From an uncultured delta proteobacterium (lineage in GTDB: Bacteria; Desulfobacterota; Syntrophobacteria; BM002), in contig CAVQGX010000031.1 in assembly GCA_963712115.1 (NCBI GenBank), positions 32,001-96,000 on the forward strand: a DNA stretch of 64,000 bases, written 5' to 3'. Each line of letters starts with the position of its first letter. Position 1 is the first letter of the stretch. Below, piece after piece: positions 57,777 through 64,000 of this stretch. The notes beneath the pieces are model-generated. The model was not told the origin of the DNA and searched no databases. It was given only the letters and a program-made list of their open reading frames with translations. The translations under genes and the position numbers were made by a program.

Positions 57777-59224
57777 TTTACTGTACCTCCTTGTAATTCG
57801 CATGGCGCAAAGCACATAGCGTCAGAGTTGAGACTATTTATGCGAAAAAGACTGCCGAAGATCAGCCCGCTTATTGTTGCCATTATGACTACTAAGGAGA
57901 CGAAAACAGCCGTCTTCTTAGTTCCCATCACACTTCGGATTACCAGCATGTTTGGCAGGCTCAGAGCCGGGCCGGCAAGGAGCAGAGCCAGGGCAGGGCC
58001 TTTGCCCATGCCGGCGCCCAAAAGCCCCTGGAGAATAGGCACCTCTGTAAGGGTGGCGAAGTACATGAAGGCACCGACCACCGAGGCAAACAGGTTAGCT
58101 CCAACCGAATTGCCGCCGACCAGACCGCTCACCCAGCGTGAGGGAATAAGCCCCTCAGAGCCGGGGCGACCCAAGAGGAGACCTGCCACCAGCACACCGG
58201 CAAAAAGAAGGGGCATAATCTGTTTGGTGAAGTCCCAGGTTGAGAGAAACCAGCTCTCGGTTTCCCCACGGGTGCTGGTGGTGATAACCGTTATGCCTAT
58301 GATCCCGGCGGAAAAAGCCACAAGGGGCTCGTGGGGGAAGAGAATTGCCAGCGCCAGGACAACAGCCCCGGCAATAGCCACCTTGTAAGCTCTCACTCGG
58401 AACCAGGCCACCAGAAGAATACCCAGCAGCACTGCAAAGCCACCGGTCAAATACCACTTGACGCTGTAGATGGCGTTCCACACTCCCACGGGTTCAGCAG
58501 GTTTCCCCCAGGTGGCAGAAACAAGAATCCCCACCATGGAGGCAAAGTAGATGACGTTTTGCCATAGAGGCCGCTCCACCTCCGGTTCTGGCAGCATCAT
58601 AGCAGCTTCGGCCTTGGCTTGTTCTTCCTTTCTGAATATTAGATACATCAGGAGGCCGATGACGATGCTGAAGATCACCGCACCCACGGCTCGGCCTATG
58701 CCCATAGCAAGTCCCAGCACTCTAGCGGTAAGCACTATGGCCAGGATGTTGATAGCTGGGCCAGAGTAGAGAAAAGCTACCGCCGGACCAAGGCCGGCTC
58801 CCCGCCTCCAGATACCGGCAAAAAGGGGCAAAATGGTGCAGGAGCACACTGCCAGAACGGTGCCAGAGACCGAGGCCACGCCATAGGCCAAGACCTTTTT
58901 CGCACCGGCTCCTAGATATTTCATCACCGCCGCCTGGGACACAAAGCAGGCAATTGCCCCTGCGATGAAAAAGGCGGGAACCAGGCAGAGAATCACATGT
59001 TCCTGGGCGTACCACTTGGCCAGGGCCAGGGACTCTATCACCGCTCCCGCGAACCGGTTGTTGTCAATGGGTAAATAGAAAAAGACCATAAAGAGGCCCA
59101 CGATCAGGCTCATGGGCTTCCACAGGGTTTTCCAGTCAATAATGCTCGGCTGAGACTCTTCTTCCTCCACTACAGCGGATCCCTCAGCAGCAACCTTTCC
59201 TTCCATAACAGTTATTTTTCCCAT
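57668..59224 (-). CDS. ArsP/DUF318-family permease (C-terminus probably extended by a frameshift)
   Basis: EHV..CL.PAFFIAG, AVCSC..LPLF, FLYSGPAIN, MYFATLTEVPI, GPALSLP. Confidence 0.88.
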   Translation of the reverse strand: MGKITVMEGKVAAEGSAVVEEEESQPSIIDWKTLWKPMSLIVGLFMVFFYLPIDNNRFAGAVIESLALAKWYAQEHVILCLVPAFFIAGAIACFVSQAAVMKYLGAGAKKVLAYGVASVSGTVLAVCSCTILPLFAGIWRRGAGLGPAVAFLYSGPAINILAIVLTARVLGLAMGIGRAVGAVIFSIVIGLLMYLIFRKEEQAKAEAAMMLPEPEVERPLWQNVIYFASMVGILVSATWGKPAEPVGVWNAIYSVKWYLTGGFAVLLGILLVAWFRVRAYKVAIAGAVVLALAILFPHEPLVAFSAGIIGITVITTSTRGETESWFLSTWDFTKQIMPLLFAGVLVAGLLLGRPGSEGLIPSRWVSGLVGGNSVGANLFASVVGAFMYFATLTEVPILQGLLGAGMGKGPALALLLAGPALSLPNMLVIRSVMGTKKTAVFVSLVVIMATISGLIFGSLFRINSLNSDAMCFAPCELQGGTVKWKSKYSVPAVQNVRHSRRTQKMQLPNLASTPRSER

Positions 59225-59255
59225 TGTCCTCATTCCTTTGGTTGGCTGCTCGGCA

Positions 59256-60458
59256 TCATGCAGCCCTCGAAAACCAGCTCTTGCTTCCAAGACATATTTT
59301 TACAAGCATGAGCATCACAGGAACTTCAATGAGCACGCCGACTACAGTGGCCAGGGCTGCCCCGGAGGAGAGACCGAAAAGCATGGTGGCGGTGGCTATG
59401 GCCACCTCAAAGTGGTTGGACGCTCCGATCATGGCTGAAGGAGCTGCGTCCTCGTAGCTAAGCTTTAACACTTTGGACAGCCCGTATCCCAGCAAGAAGA
59501 TTAAATTGGTCTGGATGAAAAGTGGGATGGCAATCCAGAGAATGGTGAGTGGATTGGAGATAATCACATCTCCCTTAAAGGAGAAGAGCAGTACCAAGGT
59601 AATGAGGAGCGCCGAAATCGTTATAGGGGTCAAGACGTGAAGAAACTTTTCTTTGAACCATTGCTCCCCTCGAGCGCGGATTATAAGTTTACGTGAGATG
59701 TACCCTGCCACCAGGGGAAGGGCAACATATATACCAATGGATAGAACCAGCGCTTGCCAGGGTATGGGCAGCCGGCCTACGCCCAGCAAGAATCCTCCCA
59801 ACGGTCCATAGAGAAAGAGCATGGTGAGAGAGTTTATGGCCACCATGACCAGGGTGTGGCCGTCATTTCCCCGGGCCAGAAAGCCCCACACCAGCACCAT
59901 GGCAGTACACGGGGCAATCCCCAGCAGAATGCATCCGGCCAGATAACTGCGCCACAGAGGAACTACCAGCATCTTGACGCCTTCTACCATGACCACGGTC
60001 CCGGCCCCGTGAGTTGCCCCCACGGGAAGATTCAGCCCCAGAGGTATCTTCACATAGTCTATGGCCTCAGGTCCTATGAAACCATAAAAGAGCGTGCCGA
60101 GGAAAAAGATAGAGATGGCATACATGGTGAAGGGCTTGATAGCCCAGTTAACAAACAAGGTAAGAGCCACTGGTTTGAAGTTTTTTCCCGCCCTGACCAC
60201 CTCACCGAAATCAATCTTTACCATGATGGGATACATCATAAAAAAGAGGCAAATCGCAATGGGAATGGAGACCACCGGCGCTTCGCCGACATAGATGGCA
60301 AGGCTATCAAGATATTTGGCGAATCCTGGGGCCACTTTTCCAAGGACAATTCCTCCGACAATACAGAGTATCACCCAAACTGAAAGGTATTGCTCAAAAA
60401 GACTCAGTCCTTTGCGAGGTTGTTCGAGGACAATTTTTTCAGTTATAACTTCACCCAT
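59256..60458 (-). CDS. acr3: Acr3-family arsenite efflux transporter
   Basis: [42 protein letters not shown]. Confidence 0.95.
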   Translation of the reverse strand: MGEVITEKIVLEQPRKGLSLFEQYLSVWVILCIVGGIVLGKVAPGFAKYLDSLAIYVGEAPVVSIPIAICLFFMMYPIMVKIDFGEVVRAGKNFKPVALTLFVNWAIKPFTMYAISIFFLGTLFYGFIGPEAIDYVKIPLGLNLPVGATHGAGTVVMVEGVKMLVVPLWRSYLAGCILLGIAPCTAMVLVWGFLARGNDGHTLVMVAINSLTMLFLYGPLGGFLLGVGRLPIPWQALVLSIGIYVALPLVAGYISRKLIIRARGEQWFKEKFLHVLTPITISALLITLVLLFSFKGDVIISNPLTILWIAIPLFIQTNLIFLLGYGLSKVLKLSYEDAAPSAMIGASNHFEVAIATATMLFGLSSGAALATVVGVLIEVPVMLMLVKICLGSKSWFSRAA

Positions 60459-60577
60459 ACAGATTCCCTCCGTTTTCGTTGGGGATACACATTTTTAACA
60501 GCTGATCGTCGAGCGCTTTGATCTCAGCCATAAATAGTTATACTAGCATGTAGCAATATATTATTATTTTAAAAAAA

Positions 60578-60922
60578 TTATCTCTTGCAAACCTCCTCGC
60601 GATGAATAGTAGGAAGCTCTTCTAAGAGGGACTTAATCTCCGGATCATCCCGCAGCCAGTGGATGAGATTTCCCAGCATATTTCCTGCGTAAGGACTGCT
60701 CTCTCCATCTGCAAGACGGTAATTTACCCATAAGCCATCTTTTTTGTAGCTCACTAGTCCGGCATTCTCCAGTACCTTCAGGTGCCTTGAGACAGTCGGT
60801 TGAGCCACCTTCAGAGCCGCTTTGAGCTCACAAACACATAACTCTCGGTGCTGGAGCATCTTGAGAATTTTCACCCGATTGGGGTCTGAGAGGGCCTTCA
60901 TCACCCTGACAAGCTCCTTCAT
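60578..60922 (-). CDS. arsR: ArsR/SmtB repressor
   Basis: KALSDPNR..I, ELCVCEL, QPTVSRHL..L. Confidence 0.93.
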   Translation of the reverse strand: MKELVRVMKALSDPNRVKILKMLQHRELCVCELKAALKVAQPTVSRHLKVLENAGLVSYKKDGLWVNYRLADGESSPYAGNMLGNLIHWLRDDPEIKSLLEELPTIHREEVCKR

Positions 60923-60933
60923 TTTGGCCTCCC

Positions 60934-60962
60934 GTATATAGCCAAATATAAATATATATGAA
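60934..60962 (-). promoter_or_regulatory. Candidate ArsR operator
   Basis: AT-rich imperfect palindrome TATATAGCCAAATATAAATATATA just upstream of the arsR RBS and downstream of TTGACA on the minus strand. Confidence 0.4.
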
Positions 60963-61025
60963 GAGTAAAAACTGTCAATAAATTTTTACGCCTTTACACT
61001 TAACTCCGTTAAGCAAATAAACTCC

Positions 61026-61165
61026 TCCCCCTTGTCGCAGATCCCGAGCGACTCGACCTGAGCTCGTCGACAGGTCTTGTCGCGGGGACGGGGGAGGATT
61101 GAGCCTGCCCGCCATCGCCTGAAGGCGAGCCGGGCGGGCTCAGGCGAGGCGGGCGGGGTGGGGGT
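61026..61165. repeat. Cluster of GC-rich REP-like hairpins
   Basis: ctcccccttgtc...gacggggggag enclosing tcgacctgagctcgtcga; cctgcccgcc...ggcgggcggg. Confidence 0.6.
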
Positions 61166-61202
61166 GAAAAAATTGATGGATTGAAAAAGGTAGGTGGAGG
61201 GA

Positions 61203-62237
61203 TCATGTTCCTTTGCCGAAATGGCATTTGGGATAGGTGCATTCAGCACAGTCGAGGCAGAGACTGCCGTGGCCCAGAAAGGCTAACTCCGCCTTGCCTA
61301 TTCGTTCCTTGGCAAGAATCCGGGGCAGTACCAAGTCAACCACAGTGATCCGGTGATAAAGGCCACAGGCTGGAACCCCCAAAAGCGGCACCTCTCCAAG
61401 GTAGGCCACAAGAAACATGGACCCAGGTAGAGCGGCGGCCCCATAGTGGATCTCACTTGCCCCGGCAAGTCTAATTCCATGGCGGGTAACATCGTCAGGA
61501 TCCACACTCATACCGCCGCTAAGTAAGAGCAAATCACAACCCTGATCTAGTTGGCTGCGAATAACTTGATTGATCACCTCAGCGTCATCCGGAGTAAAGT
61601 CAAGGGCTACAATCTCTGAACCCAGCGCTTTAACCTTCTCGGTGAGAATAGGAGCGAAGCGATCCTGGATGAGACCTTGATAGACCTCGTTACCGGTGAT
61701 AACCAGACCCACACGAGCCGACCGTAGAGTCTTCACTGAGAGCACCGATCCGTTCTGGCGAGCAATGGCCGCAGCCCTCTCAATGGGAGTCCGCTTCATA
61801 ACCAGGGGAATAGCCCTGGTGCCGGCTATGAGATCCCCTCTATTTACCAGCGTATGGTTGTGGAGGGTGGCGCACATAACCTCGTCCACCATGTTAAATG
61901 CGGCCAGAGCAGCAGTATTGACCACAAGAAGACCGTCCTTTTCTGCGAGTAAATTAATTTTTCCCTCCCGAGGACCATTCCTCCAGGTGACACCATCTCC
62001 AGCCAGAGACGTGGCCAGAATGACTGCCGCTTCGTTTTCGTGAATCTCATCATCGGCCATATCGAGGACATAAAGGTGGTTCTTGCCCAGCCTCTGGAGA
62101 TGACAGAGATCAGCCTCACACACTGTGTGACCTCTGCGAAAGGCAGGTCCTTTGAACTCCCCTGGACGGATTTCGGTAATGTCATGGGCCAGTTTACTGC
62201 CAATTGCTTCTTGCAGTCTCATCTTCTTCAGCACCAC
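61203..62237 (-). CDS. MoeA-like molybdopterin-binding protein with C-terminal Cys cluster
   Basis: HDITEI.PG.FKG, EGKI, TGNEV, GGMSVDPDD.T, GVPAC, CLDCAECTYPKC. Confidence 0.85.
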   Translation of the reverse strand: MVLKKMRLQEAIGSKLAHDITEIRPGEFKGPAFRRGHTVCEADLCHLQRLGKNHLYVLDMADDEIHENEAAVILATSLAGDGVTWRNGPREGKINLLAEKDGLLVVNTAALAAFNMVDEVMCATLHNHTLVNRGDLIAGTRAIPLVMKRTPIERAAAIARQNGSVLSVKTLRSARVGLVITGNEVYQGLIQDRFAPILTEKVKALGSEIVALDFTPDDAEVINQVIRSQLDQGCDLLLLSGGMSVDPDDVTRHGIRLAGASEIHYGAAALPGSMFLVAYLGEVPLLGVPACGLYHRITVVDLVLPRILAKERIGKAELAFLGHGSLCLDCAECTYPKCHFGKGT

Positions 62238-62249
62238 ATCACTCCTAAT

Positions 62250-62455
62250 TCGGTTTAGCCTGTTTGGCCTGTTCAGCCTGTTTCTCCATCAGCGTAGAAA
62301 ATAATTCCACGTTCCGCGTTCCGACTTCCGCGTTTAAATCCTCGTCTCGCCAGTCTCACAATATATTCTGCTTATGTTAACTTTAACATAAGCAGAATGA
62401 AAAAAAGAGTGGAGGATTTAGGATTGCGGATTGCCGATTGCGGATTTCGGATTTG
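62250..62455. repeat. Array of GTTTAGCCT, GTTCCGC and GGATT(G/T)C units
   Basis: gtttagcctgtttggcctgttcagcctgttt; ttccacgttccgcgttccgacttccgcg; ggattgcggattgccgattgcggatttcggattt. Confidence 0.75.
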
Positions 62456-62475
62456 AGGCTGGAGGCGGTTGATTG

Positions 62476-63585
62476 CTAGTGCAACAACGATAGGATAAGG
62501 TCTCGGTATATCTCGGCAGCGATTACTATCTGTTGGAATGAGACGGATTCCTCTGGAGCGTGCGCCTGAGACAGCTGGCCGGGGCCCAACAAAATCGGTT
62601 TTACTCCTGAAGCCCATAGCTGATTGGCGTCTGAATGACTCGGAAAGGATTGGGGTTCCCATGGCTGAGAGTGTTGTTGGTAAACAGTTTTCAAAGCCTC
62701 AACTACCGATCCCTTCTCCGGAAGCTCGTAGCCTCCTTCCACAGTGGCCAGGCGAATGCTGGTATCAATATGGCTGTTTTCTTTACTGAGGCGCTCCACA
62801 AGCTCTTCCAGTTCCAGCGAAATCTCACCTAATGCGGCTTTGGGTGGCAAGTGAAGATCAAGCCACGCCTCGCACCACTCGGGAACAGCAAATCCCGCCT
62901 GGGTGCTCAGAATGTCTCGAATGTTATAGACCCCCTCGGGCCTGTTTTGCACCATGTAGTGGGAGATTTGAATGAGGATGTGGAGCATGCATTCTATTGG
63001 ATTTTGGCTCTGGCTGGCCAGGGAGGCGTGCACCCTCCTACCCCGGGTGTTTATTTGGGCTTCCATGTAGCCGTAACAACTCAGACAGGGACGAAGGTCG
63101 GTGGGCTCTGCAATAATAGCCCAAGGAAAGTGATATTCATCCATCAATCGCTCGGCGCCGTCTCCCTCTTCTTCCTCACCCACTACCATAACCAAGGCCA
63201 CTGGTAGTTGCTGGTTACCGGCTTCCCACAAACTCAAATAGGCTTCTACCATGGCGGCACAGCCGCCTTTCATGTCGGCGGCGCCCAGGCCAATGATTAG
63301 ATCATCCTCTTCCTCATAACCATATTGCTCCAAATCGTAGGCCACTACCGTGTCCAAATGGCCAATGAGGGCGAGGCGTGCATCCCCTTCCGGTGGGACC
63401 ACAATCAGGTTGTAGCGACTGTCGTCCACTTCCTGGCGGATGACCGGTAGACCTTTCCTTTTAAGGTGGCCATGAAGGTAGGCAAGGATCTCCTCTTCCT
63501 TGCCCGAAGGACTGTAGATGTCCATGAGGCGGCGCAAAAGCCGGCGCAAACGCTGTGGATCTATGGCGGAATCTTGTTTAATCAT
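62476..63585 (-). CDS. M20-family metallohydrolase (ArgE/DapE-like)
   Basis: GHLDTV, ADMKGG, GEEE, AEPT, AH..EE. Confidence 0.9.
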   Translation of the reverse strand: MIKQDSAIDPQRLRRLLRRLMDIYSPSGKEEEILAYLHGHLKRKGLPVIRQEVDDSRYNLIVVPPEGDARLALIGHLDTVVAYDLEQYGYEEEDDLIIGLGAADMKGGCAAMVEAYLSLWEAGNQQLPVALVMVVGEEEEGDGAERLMDEYHFPWAIIAEPTDLRPCLSCYGYMEAQINTRGRRVHASLASQSQNPIECMLHILIQISHYMVQNRPEGVYNIRDILSTQAGFAVPEWCEAWLDLHLPPKAALGEISLELEELVERLSKENSHIDTSIRLATVEGGYELPEKGSVVEALKTVYQQHSQPWEPQSFPSHSDANQLWASGVKPILLGPGQLSQAHAPEESVSFQQIVIAAEIYRDLILSLLH

Positions 63586-64000
63586 CCTTACTGCGCAAAC
63601 GGCGTGGCTGGGACCGTTCGTTTTCTTTCTTGCCTTTGAGCTGCTTCAACTGCTCGGAGAGGTTAAGAGTCAAATAGATGTGCTGTTGGGGATGGCCGAA
63701 TCCCATTTTCCTAAAAAAATGGAGAGCAGGTAAGTTATCAGCCTCAGTGTCAGTCAACAGCATACGCACGCCGTCTTCCAGCATGAGATCTCTGAGTTGT
63801 TTGAAGAGTTTCAGGGCAATTCCTTTTCTCTGCAATTCAGGTTCAGTGCCCAGCCAGACAAGCTGACCGTACTTCCAGGCGGACTGAGTCTTTTCTATTG
63901 TGGTGCCGAGGGCGAAGCCCACAATCTTGCCCTCGAGCTCTGCCACCAGGCAAAACTCAGAGTCACCCTGGAACAGGTTTATTACCTCGTACTCGTCCCA
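63578..64000 (-). CDS. GNAT acetyltransferase, 5'-truncated
   Basis: Frame open to window end; QRKGIA, N.PA..FF.KMGF. Confidence 0.85.
   Translation of the reverse strand, partial: WDEYEVINLFQGDSEFCLVAELEGKIVGFALGTTIEKTQSAWKYGQLVWLGTEPELQRKGIALKLFKQLRDLMLEDGVRMLLTDTEADNLPALHFFRKMGFGHPQQHIYLTLNLSEQLKQLKGKKENERSQPRRLRSKDD

Noticed and set aside
57420-58388. Long plus-strand ORF (322 aa) and similar shadows (37509-38258, 22479-23084, 59754-60383)
   Set aside because: Antisense shadows of well-supported genes on the other strand.
2010-62455. Repeat arrays as CRISPR
   Set aside because: Units are 6-9 bp and degenerate, without 23-47 bp repeats and unique spacers; no cas genes.

Overview
Chromosomal segment (mid-GC) from a Desulfobacterota-type (deltaproteobacterial), probably sulfate-reducing or related anaerobe; the taxonomy is inferred from the qrcABCD operon and gene order. 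Mostly housekeeping: partial moaA, a PAS histidine kinase, the string yjbQ-phoH-7TM/HD-ybeY-pdxJ-acpS-nnr-tsaE-lysC-cimA-comEA, cvpA, mazG, a large (Alu-containing) SRP RNA, nadB, qrcABCD, LysR, rpmH-rnpA-yidD-yidC-jag-mnmE-(no mnmG)-rsmG, xth, a carbamate kinase, cbpA-cbpM-clpB, iscU-iscS and an accessory right end. No CRISPR, rRNA, tRNA or transposase was seen. Most notable: (1) a small ORF missed by the ORF track (56652-56852, -) with an in-frame TGA followed by a SECIS-like hairpin, a candidate selenoprotein inside an ArsR-Acr3-permease-thioredoxin-thioredoxin-X-TauE operon lacking arsC; (2) many intergenic regions are built from nested, mirror-symmetric arrays of 7-9 bp repeats plus MITE-like elements; (3) an IscS homologue lacking its PLP Schiff-base lysine, paired with an IscU carrying a His-rich/zinc-ribbon tail; (4) active-site changes in PdxJ and MazG. 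All calls are from reading the sequence; no searches were run.
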